Part shown: in pieces, positions 33,383 to 43,387 of the stretch
Layout: each line of letters begins with the position of its first letter
How positions within the stretch are numbered: the first letter of the stretch is position 1
Source: an uncultured Chloroflexia bacterium
GTDB taxonomy: Bacteria > Chloroflexota > Anaerolineae > B4-G1 > SLSP01
Reading direction: 5' to 3'
Length of the DNA stretch: 64,000 bases
NCBI GenBank assembly: GCA_963751345.1
Contig: CAVVUS010000030.1
Location: forward strand, 352,001 to 416,000
Made by a program: the position numbers and the translations under genes
Notes under the pieces: generated by a model
Databases searched by the model: none
What the model was told of the DNA's origin: nothing
Seen by the model: only the letters and a program-made list of their open reading frames with translations

Positions 33383-33447
33383 CCCAGGTCGATCAGGAAG
33401 ATCGGGGGCGTCCCCGGGCTCAGCCGTCAGAACCGCTGAAGCGATTA

Positions 33448-34223
33448 CTACGAACCTTCCCTGAACAGGGTCAGCAGACGTTTGCCCGGGATTTGGCGGA
33501 ATGTGGCGCCCTGGCTCACGGCCGTCAGGGCTTTTGCGGGATCGACGATCCGGGTGCCCGACACGGCGTCCACACCGACCGCGAACAAGGCGGAGGAGAG
33601 GGGCGTCGTCGCCCCCAACACGACCACATAGGCGTCGGGACGACAAAGATCGATGAGCCCGTCGAACGTGCCATTGAGCAGCGAGGTCCCGGTCATGGCG
33701 ACTACGTCCGATTCCGGCAGCACTTGCGAAGCCTCTTCAGCGGGCAGATCCCCGGTGCCCGGGTTCAGTTCGAGGACCCAGAGCGTGCCGGCGACCTCTC
33801 GCAGGCGCGGCACAAAGGGGAAATGGCCGACAACCGCAACCTTCTTTCCTGCACCACGCTCGGCGATCACATCGGCCGCGTTGAGCTCAACACACGCCGT
33901 CTCATCGACATCAAGCAGAGCATTGATAGCTGCCAGTCCCACGCCGGCTTCGAGGACGCTGATCACTCTCCGCCATCTGCACGAGGTCAACGGCGGCAAG
34001 CTCGAGAAGACGCCCTGCCTGCTTCACGGGAGGGCCACCGCCATGATGGTGGTTGCTCCATCCGCCCGACAGCGTTGAGGCGATGCCGGCGCACAACGTG
34101 CTTTCCCCCTCCACCTGCATACCGACGAAGGTCCAGTGGGCCCCGACGCACACCTGTACCGGCCTCGCCCGGATCGCCCGCGACCGGACCTCGAGCTGCA
34201 GTTCCTTGATGATGATGGGTCAT
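33448..34223 (-). CDS. DUF364 Rossmann-like (putative metal-binding) protein, frameshifted
   Basis: GLAAINAL, VAVVGHFP and MTGTSLLNGT motifs; N-terminus split across frames. Confidence 0.75.
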
Positions 34224-34240
34224 TCAGTGACTCCCGTGGG

Positions 34241-34293
34241 GAACGTTGATGCGTTGACACGTTTGAACGTTGGCACGTTATAACGTTCAAACG
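34241..34293. repeat. Short tandem octamer repeat
   Basis: gaacgttgatgcgttgacacgtttgaacgttggcacgttataacgttcaaacg. Confidence 0.65.
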
Positions 34294-34378
34294 CGCCATC
34301 GCTTGTCTTTTCGATGCCGACCATTATAATCCCCCGATATGAAACGCCTAGCCATCTCTGCATCTCGGTGAGGGCGGC

Positions 34379-35245
34379 TTGATGCAAAAGCCGTTCTCGC
34401 CCCTTGTAAAATGGCTGGGGATCGGGCTGGCCCTGGCAGGGATTGCTGCCTTCCTCATTGCTACGCCAGGTGGGTTCCTGCGTAAGACCGACTACATTGC
34501 GGCAGCCGTCTGCCATCGCCGGCCGAGCCACTCTTTTTCCATCGCCGGGGAGCAGCTTCCCCTGTGCGAGCGGTGCACGGGAACATTTCCCGGCGCCCTG
34601 ACGGGGCTCCTGGTGCAATGGGGTATCTGGCGGCGACGGCGCTCCCTCTCCTTCCCGCGATGGCCGTTCTTCATCCCGGTTTTCCTCTTTGCTGCCTTCT
34701 GGGCTCTGGATGGCGTCAACTCCACCACGAGCGACGGGCAGTTCTACGATATCGTCCAGCAGTTCAGCTCTCGCCCCGCCGGCGTCGGCATCCTGGGATA
34801 CGCGCCGCAGCCGTGGTTAAGGCTGCTTTCGGGGGCGCTGATGGGTATGTCGATGAGCGTCGTCCTGGTGCCGGCTTTCAACCAATCGCTATGGCACGAT
34901 GGTGAAGAGACCACGACCGTGCGCACCTGGCACGAGATGGGACTCCTGCTGGCGATCGAGTTGGCGATGGCAGGGCTGATCTATCTCCTGGAGCCCCTTC
35001 CCTCTCGCGTCGCCCTGTATGCGGTCTCGGCCTACAGCGCCCTGGGTGTCCTGGCGATGTTCACGCTCCTGGGTGCGATGATGTTTGTCCTGATCTCTCA
35101 CCGGGACGCTACGGTCAGCGGCTGGCGGAATGCGTGGGTGCCCCTGGTCTGGGGCGTCGTCTTCGCGCTTCTCATTGTCACGGTGATGGACTCGGCGCGG
35201 TTGTGGCTAACCGGCACCATTGATGGCATACCAGGGTTGGACTAG
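34379..35245 (+). CDS. DUF2085-type membrane protein
   Basis: VCHRRPSHSF...PLCERCTG motif and multiple transmembrane helices. Confidence 0.8.
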   Translation: MMQKPFSPLVKWLGIGLALAGIAAFLIATPGGFLRKTDYIAAAVCHRRPSHSFSIAGEQLPLCERCTGTFPGALTGLLVQWGIWRRRRSLSFPRWPFFIPVFLFAAFWALDGVNSTTSDGQFYDIVQQFSSRPAGVGILGYAPQPWLRLLSGALMGMSMSVVLVPAFNQSLWHDGEETTTVRTWHEMGLLLAIELAMAGLIYLLEPLPSRVALYAVSAYSALGVLAMFTLLGAMMFVLISHRDATVSGWRNAWVPLVWGVVFALLIVTVMDSARLWLTGTIDGIPGLD

Positions 35246-35340
35246 TGGTATAGTAGGGTCTGTCGGATAGGAGGACTCAACGTCCTCTGTTCTCATTGGC
35301 CGAGCTTGCATTTATTCATTAGCCAGGGGGAGGAAAGAGA

Positions 35341-36423
35341 ATGTCCACGGTCAAGAAGCTGTTTATTCCCGGCCCGACACACGTGCGCGAGTCCATCCTG
35401 GAAGCACAAGCCGCACCGATGATCGGACATCGGAGCACGGACTACTCAGATCTGCAGGGCGCGGTGACGCCCAAACTCCAGCAGCTTCTCTATACGGAGC
35501 AGCCGGTCTTCATCTACGCAGCCTCCGGCACGGGCGTGATGGAGGGCTCCCTTCGGCAGACGGTGCTCAAGCGGGCGCTGATCACCGTGTGCGGAGCTTT
35601 CTCCGAGAGATGGTATGAGATTGCCGAGGCGAATGGCGTGCCCGCCGACCGGGTCGACGTTGCCTGGGGTGAGGGTTTCACCCCCGAGATGGTGGATGAG
35701 GCTTTGAGCAAGGGGGACTACGACGTCCTCACGGTGACGCTCAACGAGACGTCCACGGGCGTGATGAACCCCCTCAAAGAGATCGCCGCGATGGTTCGCG
35801 CAAAGTACCCGGACACCCTCATCCTGGTTGACGCGGTTTCAGCGATGGCCGGGGTGAAGATCGAGTTCGATGCCTGGGACCTCGACGTCGTGATCTCAAG
35901 TTCGCAGAAGTGCTTCGCGCTTCCTCCGGGGCTGGCGATCACGGGCGTGAGCGAGCGCGCCCTCCAGCGGACAGCGCAGGTACCCAACCGGGGCTACTAC
36001 TTCGATTTCCTGACCATGCTCAAGTACTTCAAGCGAAATCAGACCCCGGCAACGCCCGCGGTCAGCCTCATCCAGGCCCTGAACCAGCAAATGGACGACA
36101 TCCTGGCGGAGGGACTCGAGGCCCGTTGGGCCCGCCACATCGAAATGGCGAATGTCGTGCGCGATTGGGCCCGGAAAGACTGGGCACTCTTCTCGAACGA
36201 GCAGTTCCTCTCCAACACGGTCACGACGATCCGGAACACGCGGGGTATCAGCGTCGCGGATCTCAACAAGGAGCTGGGAAAGCGCGGTGCGATGATCTCC
36301 AACGGCTATGGCAACACGCTGAAGGAGAAGACGTTCCGCATCGCGCATATGGGCGATCTGACGGTGGCGGATATCCATTGGGTGTTGGGGCTGATTGATG
36401 AGATACTGGGAGCTGGGGAGTAG
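35341..36423 (+). CDS. Class V PLP aminotransferase (serine-pyruvate / phosphoserine type)
   Basis: LFIPGPT, NETSTGV, VDAVS, SSQKCFALPPG and FRIAHMG motifs. Confidence 0.9.
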   Translation: MSTVKKLFIPGPTHVRESILEAQAAPMIGHRSTDYSDLQGAVTPKLQQLLYTEQPVFIYAASGTGVMEGSLRQTVLKRALITVCGAFSERWYEIAEANGVPADRVDVAWGEGFTPEMVDEALSKGDYDVLTVTLNETSTGVMNPLKEIAAMVRAKYPDTLILVDAVSAMAGVKIEFDAWDLDVVISSSQKCFALPPGLAITGVSERALQRTAQVPNRGYYFDFLTMLKYFKRNQTPATPAVSLIQALNQQMDDILAEGLEARWARHIEMANVVRDWARKDWALFSNEQFLSNTVTTIRNTRGISVADLNKELGKRGAMISNGYGNTLKEKTFRIAHMGDLTVADIHWVLGLIDEILGAGE

Positions 36424-36441
36424 GGAGTAGGAAGTAGGGAG
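36416..36441. repeat. Heptamer tandem repeat (GGGAGTA)
   Basis: ggggagtagggagtaggaagtaggga; a similar tract lies at about 39567-39615. Confidence 0.6.
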
Positions 36442-36527
36442 AAAAGGACTGAAGCAAGATCCGCTTTCGCCGGTTGTTGGCCTGGTCCCTGATTGACCAA
36501 TCCCTAGCCACACGAGAGGAGCACACA

Positions 36528-37428
36528 ATGGGCAAACTACTGATATGCGATCCGGTTGACGCGAGCGCCATCGAAGAGATGCGGTCCGCCGGCATCGAGG
36601 TGGACGTACGCGATGATATCAGCCAGGAAGCTCTGGGGGATATCATCGGAGCGTATGAGGGAATCGTGGTCCGCAGCCGGACGCCGGTGCGGCAGGCGCT
36701 CCTGGAAAAGGCCTCCGCGCTGCGGGTGATCATTCGCGGGGGGGTAGGGTTGGACAGCATCGATGTCGCCTATGCAAAGAGCAAGGGCATCGACGTCCGT
36801 AACACCCCGGAGGCCAACAGCAACGCCGTGGTCGAGCTGGTGCTGGGCATGATGCTGACGCTTGCACGCCACGTTTCGGCGGCCGATCAGGGGATGAAAG
36901 CCGGAAAGTGGGAGAAGAAGTCGCTCAAGGGGACCGAGATCACGGGCAAGACCCTGGGCATCGTGGGCTATGGCCGCATCGGCCAGCTTCTGGGTGAAAA
37001 AGCCAGGGCGCTTGGCATGACGGTCGTGGCTTACGACCCCTATGTGAAGCACCCGGATATCGTCTCCCTGGACGACCTGCTGGGCGCCTCTGACTACATC
37101 AGCGTGCACGTCCCCCTCACGCCCGGAAACCGCGGACCTGCTCGACGCGTCCGCCCTGGCCAAGGTCAAGCGCGGTGCCTATCTGATCCAGGCTTCGCGC
37201 GGGGGAACGGTCAACGAAGAAGCACTCTACACAGCCCTGGTCGACGGCACGTTGGCAGGCGCAGGGTTGGACGTCTACACGGCGGAGCCCCCCAAAGGGG
37301 AGCTGCTTCGGAAGCTCGTGGAGCTTCCCCAGGTCGTGGCAACGCCGCACATCGGCGCCGCGACCGAGGAGGCAACGGCCCGTGTCGGCGGTGAGGTGGT
37401 CAAACTGGCGAAGGAATACTTCGCTTAG
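36528..37428 (+). CDS. serA: D-3-phosphoglycerate dehydrogenase-like 2-hydroxyacid dehydrogenase (frameshift near 37120)
   Basis: VVRSRT, RGGVGLDSID and GIVGYGRIG motifs; continuation in another frame gives GLDVY..EPP and TPHIGAAT with a stop at 37428; no ACT domain. Confidence 0.8.
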
Positions 37429-37577
37429 TGGTCAGGCAAGCTGGTTCTTGGAATCTGTCATCCTGAACGGGCGCCCACGCAGTGGGCGCGTGAAGGATCT
37501 ACGTCGAGCAAGCGACTGAGATCCTTCGCCTGCGGCTCAGGATGACAAGTTCGCACGAATAGGGTTAACTGACCACT
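37426..37577. mobile_element. MITE-like element, copy 2
   Basis: TAGTGGTCAG...TTAACTGACCACT terminal inverted repeats enclosing a TGTCATCCTGA...TCAGGATGACA hairpin. Confidence 0.65.
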
Positions 37578-37595
37578 CATCAGTCGGGAGGGTTT

Positions 37596-38915
37596 ATGGC
37601 AACCATTCGACCGTTTCGTGGGCTGCGGTACAAGCCGGACAAGTTCTGTGAGCTGTCCGACGTCATTACGGCACCCTACGATCGAATTCACGAGGCGGAG
37701 CAAGAGCTCTACTACGAGCAATCCGCCTACAATGTCGTCCGCATCATCCAGGGCATCCGCACGCCCGAGGACGACGACGAGAACAACGTCTACACGCGCG
37801 CGCTGGGATATCTGCGCAACTGGACCGCCGAAGGCGTCCTGGTGCGCGATCCGGAGCCCGCGCTCTACGTCCTGGAACAACGTTTCACCACCCCCGACGG
37901 CGAGGAACACGTCCGGCGCGGGCTGACGGCGGCGTTGAAGCTGACGGCTCTCGGCGAGGGCGAGGTCCTGCCCCACGAGCGCACGCTCAGCGGGCCCAAG
38001 GTCGACCGGCTCCGGCTGACCGAGGCCACGCAGACGGCCTGGGGCCACATCTTTATGCTCTACCCGGATGCCCGGGAGACCATCAATGCCCTGCTGCAGC
38101 CCTTCCTGGACTCGCATATGCCCGCCATCGTCAACGATACGGTCGTCGAGCCCTCGGTCGAGCAGAACTTCTGGGTCGTCAACGATCCGGAGGTCGTCTC
38201 CGCGGTCGTGGACGCCATGGCCTCCTGCGGCCCGTTGATCATCGCCGACGGACACCACCGTTACGAGACGGCCTTGGCCTACCGGGATGAAATGCGGGTG
38301 AAGCACCCGGACGCACCGGAGGACGCGGCCTTCAACTACGTGCTGACGACGCTCGTGAGTATGGACGACCCCGGACTGGTGGTCCTGCCGACGCATCGCC
38401 TGATTCACTCCTACACGGCGATGAGCAGCCAGGAGCTGCTGCTCGCATTGGAATCCACGTTCGACATTCAACCTGTAGAGGATCTCGATGCGCTCTATGC
38501 GGCGCTGGGGGAAGCCACTGCCGAGCATCCGCGGTACGGCTTCTACGATGGCCAATTTGCGGTCCTCACCCTGAAGGACCTGGACGTGATGGACGAGTTG
38601 CTCCCGGATCGCGACCCCGTCTTCTGCGACCTGGACGTGACCGTGCTTCACGAGCTGGTCATCGAGCGGACGATGGGACTGACCAAGGAAAGCGTCCAAC
38701 GGTTGGAGAACATCACCTATCTGCGGGACCCGATCCCGGGTCTGCAGGCCGTGGACAGCAACGAAGCCTCGTTCCTCTTCCTGCTGAACCCGACGCGGAT
38801 GGATCAGATTCAGGCGTGTACTGCGGTGGACGAGCGAATGCCGCAGAAGTCCACGGACTTCTACCCGAAGATCGTCAGTGGGCTGGTCGCGCTGCCGCTG
38901 GATGGTGACCTGTAG
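37596..38915 (+). CDS. DUF1015 family protein
   Basis: MATIRPFRGLRY, APYD, LPHERT, IADGHHRYET and MPQKSTDFYPK motifs. Confidence 0.9.
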   Translation: MATIRPFRGLRYKPDKFCELSDVITAPYDRIHEAEQELYYEQSAYNVVRIIQGIRTPEDDDENNVYTRALGYLRNWTAEGVLVRDPEPALYVLEQRFTTPDGEEHVRRGLTAALKLTALGEGEVLPHERTLSGPKVDRLRLTEATQTAWGHIFMLYPDARETINALLQPFLDSHMPAIVNDTVVEPSVEQNFWVVNDPEVVSAVVDAMASCGPLIIADGHHRYETALAYRDEMRVKHPDAPEDAAFNYVLTTLVSMDDPGLVVLPTHRLIHSYTAMSSQELLLALESTFDIQPVEDLDALYAALGEATAEHPRYGFYDGQFAVLTLKDLDVMDELLPDRDPVFCDLDVTVLHELVIERTMGLTKESVQRLENITYLRDPIPGLQAVDSNEASFLFLLNPTRMDQIQACTAVDERMPQKSTDFYPKIVSGLVALPLDGDL

Positions 38916-38916
38916 G

Positions 38917-39570
38917 ATGGCCGAAGTCCGGTACCTGCTCTTCGATCTGGACAACACGCTCTATACCGATAGCTCGGGGCTCTTCCTGGAGGTAGGGCGG
39001 CGCATCGAGGAATGGACGGCAGACGCGCTGGGCATCGAGTTGGCCGAAGCAAAGGCCCTGAGGCGCGTCTACTACACCAAGTATGGGACGACGATGGCGG
39101 GACTCCTGAGCGAGCATCCGGAGATCGACATCGATGCCTATCTCGACTACGTGCACGATATCGACGTCTCGCGTTATCTGGCGCCCAACCCCGAATTGGC
39201 CGCAATGCTGGACGCGCTCCCGGCGCCCAAGATGGTCTTCACGAACAGCATCGCGAGCTGGGCGGAAAAGGTGACGCAGCAGCTGGGGATCCGGGATCGC
39301 TTCGAGGGGATCGTCGACGTGCGCGCCGTTGGGTACCGGTGCAAGCCGGACGCCTACGCTTTTGACTGGGTCCTCAAGACGCTCGACCTGCCCGGGCCGG
39401 CGTGCGTGATGCTGGACGATCAGGTCAGCTATCTGTCCGGGGCCGTCAAGGCCGGGATGCGCACCATTCTCGTTAGAGAGGGGGGCGCGGCGACCGACGG
39501 TATCGAGTTTGCCGTGGACGACATCCTGGCGGCGGAGCCGGTGCTGCAGGAGCTGTTGGCGAAGGGATAG
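38917..39570 (+). CDS. HAD-superfamily hydrolase (pyrimidine 5'-nucleotidase-like)
   Basis: FDLDNTLY, FTNS, KP and MLDD motifs. Confidence 0.88.
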   Translation: MAEVRYLLFDLDNTLYTDSSGLFLEVGRRIEEWTADALGIELAEAKALRRVYYTKYGTTMAGLLSEHPEIDIDAYLDYVHDIDVSRYLAPNPELAAMLDALPAPKMVFTNSIASWAEKVTQQLGIRDRFEGIVDVRAVGYRCKPDAYAFDWVLKTLDLPGPACVMLDDQVSYLSGAVKAGMRTILVREGGAATDGIEFAVDDILAAEPVLQELLAKG

Positions 39571-39641
39571 GGAAGAAGGAGTAGGGAGTAGGGAGAGGAG
39601 TACGGAGTAGGGGGAGCCCTGCGGGCGAGGGTGGCTCATCT

Positions 39642-39695
39642 CCAAGTGCCGGGGACTCCGCGCCGCAGACGGCGCGGGAAGCTCCCCGGCACTGT
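39642..39695. repeat. REP-like hairpin (AGTGCCGGGGA...TCCCCGGCACT)
   Basis: Related copies at about 43948-43998 and 62395-62452. Confidence 0.65.
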
Positions 39696-39699
39696 TCGT

Positions 39700-40547
39700 G
39701 GTGGGTGTGCGGCGAAAATGGGTTCGTTTCGCAATGGGAGGGGCGGCAGGGATTAGGGTTCGTCATCGGGGGGCTCGATTGGCATGAGCGGGTGGGGATG
39801 GACGGGGGTCGCATAGCCGGCGCCGCGCAGGCGCTGGAGGTGTTCGAGGCGGGCGAGGGCGCGATCGAGCTGGTTCTGGAGGGAGGTCTCGTAGCGGGCG
39901 AGGGTGGCTGCGGTTCTGAGGTGCGGGATGCTGTCGTCGGCTTGCTGCGATCGCGAGGCGGTGGTGGCGGTGGGCCGCGAGCTGCTCCTGCAAGCGCGTC
40001 GAACAGGTCGGCAGCGGCCCGGAGGAGTTGTTCGTCGCCGGTGTCACGGAGGGTGGGATCGTGAGCGAGCATACAGTTACGCAGCTCGGCAGGGCCGGCG
40101 TGGTATGCCGCCTGGAGGTTTCCGACCTCAGACGCAAGCCGTCTCTCGGCGGAGGTGACCGGCGGTCGGCCCCAGTTATTCTCGGACGAGCTGAGGATCT
40201 CGTCGGGGTCGGCGGCTTGCTGGCGCCAGGCGATCTCGGCCGGCCTCGGCGCGATAGAGGCGTGCGAGGCGCCAGTAGGCCACGGCGATCTGCTGGATGA
40301 GGAGCTCCTCGATGGCGTTGATGGGCTTGAAGATGTCGAGGAGTTCGGTGACGAGTTCGTCAAAGGCGTCCTGGGATTCGTAGAGTGCGAGGGCCTCAGG
40401 GATGAGGGCCTGGGCGAGGATGCCGTGTTTGAGGGCGTTGTGGCGCGAGATGGCTTTGCCCTCGGGGGTGCGCGGGCCGGTGGACTTTCGGGCGTTGGCG
40501 CGGTTGGCAGCGAGCTGCTTCTCGGTGACTCGTTTGGGGCCGGTCAT
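39700..40547 (-). CDS. Conserved hypothetical protein (KQxAANRxNAxKSTGPRT family), frameshifted; 3' end approximate
   Basis: MTGPKRVTEKQLAANRANARKSTGPRTPEGKAISRHNALKHG...WRLAR; LRNEPIF near the C-terminus in another frame. Confidence 0.7.
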
Positions 40548-40566
40548 CGGTGTGTGCCTCCTGTGA

Positions 40567-40610
40567 TAGAACGTTTATTCTATTATAGAGCGGGATTGGG
40601 GGTCAATCAA
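40567..40610 (-). promoter_or_regulatory. Promoter with a LexA-box-like operator
   Basis: Minus strand TTGATT, 17 nt, TATAAT, immediately followed by AGAATAAACGTTCT (1 mismatch to AGAAC-N4-GTTCT), then the RBS AGGAGG. Confidence 0.55.
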
Positions 40611-40822
40611 GGCTGCACCGACAAAGTGGCGATGGGGCGATATTGCGCAAAGTAGAGTGAGCGAATGAGCGGGAAGACGGGGCGGCGCCCCGTCTCTACG
40701 AAGGTCGCGAGACGAGATGATGCGGGAAAACGATGCGCACCCTCTGCCGCACCGTGCGTTGCGTCCGACCCGGCCCGGGGCTATACTCGTGGTGTAGGGG
40801 ACCCAGAAAGGGAGGTGTCGCC

Positions 40823-41113
40823 ATGGTGAATAAGGCCGCAGTCGCAGGACCCAACTCCAAGTTCAAGGAGCCCGAGGCCAAGCCGGCAGGCTTTTGGGCC
40901 GGTGTGTGGCACGGCGCGATTATGCCCATCGCTTTCTTCGTCAGCCTCTTCAACGAGGGGGTCGGCATCTACGAGACCCACAACACGGGCCGGAGCTACA
41001 ACTTCGGCTTTCTGCTCGGGGCGTCGATGGCGGTTGGGCGCCAGAAGGGCATGCACGTCGAGGTCGGTAAGGACAAGGCGTCCAGGGAGGCGGAGCGTCC
41101 GGGGAGGACGTAG
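40823..41113 (+). CDS. Small hypothetical membrane protein
   Basis: RBS GGAGG; AGFWAGVWHG...IYETHNTGRSYNFGFLLG. Confidence 0.7.
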   Translation: MVNKAAVAGPNSKFKEPEAKPAGFWAGVWHGAIMPIAFFVSLFNEGVGIYETHNTGRSYNFGFLLGASMAVGRQKGMHVEVGKDKASREAERPGRT

Positions 41114-41119
41114 CGTCCA

Positions 41120-41250
41120 AGTGATCAGTTAACCGATTCTGGAGCTGTCATCCTGACGCGCCCAGCAGTGGGCGCGTGAAGGACTGTCGTTACACGACTG
41201 AGATCCTTCGCATGCGGCTCAGGAGGACGTAGCGTCCAGTTAAGCTGAAG
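41120..41250. mobile_element. MITE-like element, copy 3 (degenerate)
   Basis: AGTGATCAGTTAAC start and TGTCATCCTGA...GCGGCTCAGGAGGAC; the 17-bp direct repeat GGAGGACGTAGCGTCCA occurs at 41103 and 41222. Confidence 0.55.
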
Positions 41251-41523
41251 CATAGTCTCATTCATCGGTTCTGTAGCCGCTCAGGCCGGAACGACGCCTG
41301 AGGGACTACAGGCCAAGTCGTTACTACGAACCCCAATGATCAAGTTTGCAGGGCATTGGGGCGAAGCGTCCAAGGATGGAGCCGTGGCCGGCCGGCGGCG
41401 CGTAGGCGCCGTCCTCGGCCTCGACGTTGTCGGGGTGCACCTGGGTGATGAACTTGCGGCTGCGCCCACAGGGTGGGTCGTGGTCCCGTCCCAGTCCACG
41501 GCAATCAGACGCAGGAGGCTGCT

Positions 41524-42260
41524 ATGACCGATCGCGCGACGTTCAACTGGGCGCGGCGCGTGTCTCGCCTCGATATCCAGCGGCTGTATGAGAGCGATGC
41601 GCAGGGGATCCCGGACCAAGAGCTGCTCGACAAGGTGCACTACGGAATCTACGCGCGGGTGTGCGATATGTTCGAGGTGCGTCAGGCACAGCAGACGGGA
41701 CGAGTGACCTGCCGGCGGTGCGGCGCGCCGATCTCGCAGCCCTACCGCATGGGCTCGCAGCACAAGGGGGACGTGCTGACGTGCGAGGCGTGCGGGTGGC
41801 ATGTGACGTGCGGGGAATTCTACGACAGTTATACCGGGAAGAACCTGCTGCCGGGCTCGGTGACGGACCTCTTCGAGGCCTACCTCGAACGGTTCCCGGC
41901 GGCGAAGACGGCGCAGGAGAAGATGGTGCTCATCGACTGGCTGATCCACCAGTTCCACGTGAACCAGGGGGTGGCCAACAAGCCGGTGGGCAAGAACGTG
42001 ATCCAGGGGACGGCCAAGCAGGTGGCCGAGCTGATCGAGACGCTGGCCTACGGGTCGGGGAGCACGAAGGGGTTGATCTCGCAGGAGGCGTGGCGAGAGA
42101 TCACTACGACCCGGTGCGGCAGTTCAAGCAGGCCCACTCGCACGCGGAGACCCAGCGGATCGCGGCGGAGCTGGGCATCGAGGGGCGGAGCGGGATGACG
42201 GAGGACGCGCTGATCCCGGAGATATTGCGGCGGAGGGGGAAGGGAGCGGAGAAGCGATAG
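41524..42260 (+). CDS. Hypothetical Zn-ribbon protein (frameshift near 42100)
   Basis: RBS AGGAGG; CRRC and CEAC pairs; LIDWLIHQFH; short Rho-N-like tail (LGIEGRSGMTEDALI). Confidence 0.65.
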
Positions 42261-42288
42261 AGAGAAAGGGCGAGAAGGTGCGGCGTGC

Positions 42289-42804
42289 TTACGGCATTTC
42301 ACCGGCCAGCGTCAGGACACTATCGTAGAGCGAGGCACTAAGGCGAAAGCCCTGATCAACGAGGGCATCCAGATGAGGTCGTACTTCCGCAATCAATCCG
42401 GCTCGATAGGCACGAAGCAAAATCCCCAACGTACCCATCACACGCAAGCCCAAGGATTCGGCCAGTTCACGGGCCTGCCGGTCATCGAGTCCCGCGAGCG
42501 TGGCCGGCTGCATACGGGCGAACGCAATCACCGCCCGTTCGCCGTTTCCCAGGCGGCTAGGGGGAAGCGCCTCGATGACCTCGACGGGGATCGTGATCAC
42601 CCTGACCCATGAGAGCACCCGAACGTCAAGCGTATCGCTCCGCAGAAGACGTCCCATGTCCAACTCCAGGGCGACTTCTTCAGGGACATAGATCGCTGCA
42701 AACAGCGCCGGGAGCAGGTTTGCCTGGGCAATACGCCCCAGGTAGAGCAGGACCGAGGTATCGCAGACCAGGCCAAGCGAGGATTTCGGGACGGAATCAG
42801 CCAT
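42289..42804 (-). CDS. DUF3368 PIN-like toxin
   Basis: VCDTSVL, LGNGERAVI, LDDRQAR and GTLGIL motifs. Confidence 0.85.
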   Translation of the reverse strand: MADSVPKSSLGLVCDTSVLLYLGRIAQANLLPALFAAIYVPEEVALELDMGRLLRSDTLDVRVLSWVRVITIPVEVIEALPPSRLGNGERAVIAFARMQPATLAGLDDRQARELAESLGLRVMGTLGILLRAYRAGLIAEVRPHLDALVDQGFRLSASLYDSVLTLAGEMP

Positions 42805-43051
42805 CCGCCAGTTCCCGGCGCAGGTCGTCAGCCGTGATCTGGGAGATAGGAATGTTGTTCTCGGTGCACAGATCGAAGAAGAGCACGCGGGGTATGCCCG
42901 CCAGTTCGGCAGCAGCGCCAGAGGACAACTTACCCGACCGGAAGAGCATCAATGCAGCGTACAGCCGGAAATCCCGCGCCAACTCGTCCGGTGTACGGTT
43001 GAGCATCTCCCGTACATCAGCGGGGACCTGAATGGTGATGACTTCATCCAT
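42797..43051 (-). CDS. UPF0175 family antitoxin
   Basis: LFRSGKLSSGAAAELAGIPR motif; overlaps the DUF3368 gene. Confidence 0.85.
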   Translation of the reverse strand: MDEVITIQVPADVREMLNRTPDELARDFRLYAALMLFRSGKLSSGAAAELAGIPRVLFFDLCTENNIPISQITADDLRRELADG

Positions 43052-43278
43052 CGCTATCGTTCTCCGACTTGTATCATCGAGTCAGCATCTTCATTATAGC
43101 AGAATCACCCGCGAGCGGGGCGGAGGGTCAGGCTAGCGCATTTGGACGTCGAGGGAACCTTCCGGGAAGCTGCATCGTGCCCTCCAGTGGCCATCCTTCC
43201 CGGGTCGAAGGCGGTCCTACATCGCAACGCGCTTCTCAGCTTCCCGGAAGGTAAAGCGCGCATTACCCAAATGGGTAT

Positions 43279-43307
43279 TTGACAAAACGACAACAATCTG
43301 TTAACAT
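43279..43307 (+). promoter_or_regulatory. Sigma70-type promoter candidate upstream of the riboswitch
   Basis: TTGACA, 17 nt, TAACAT. Confidence 0.5.
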
Positions 43308-43387
43308 GCTGTTAATGATCGTGGTGTAGACTACGATCAGGTTGAGGGAACAGAGAAACCCTCGAAGTACTTGAACATATAGAGCAG

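Noticed and set aside
43158-43251. Inverted repeat ACCTTCCGGGAAGCTG...CAGCTTCCCGGAAGGT as a novel ncRNA
   Set aside because: Single occurrence in the window and resembles the other REP-like hairpins; no covariation evidence available.
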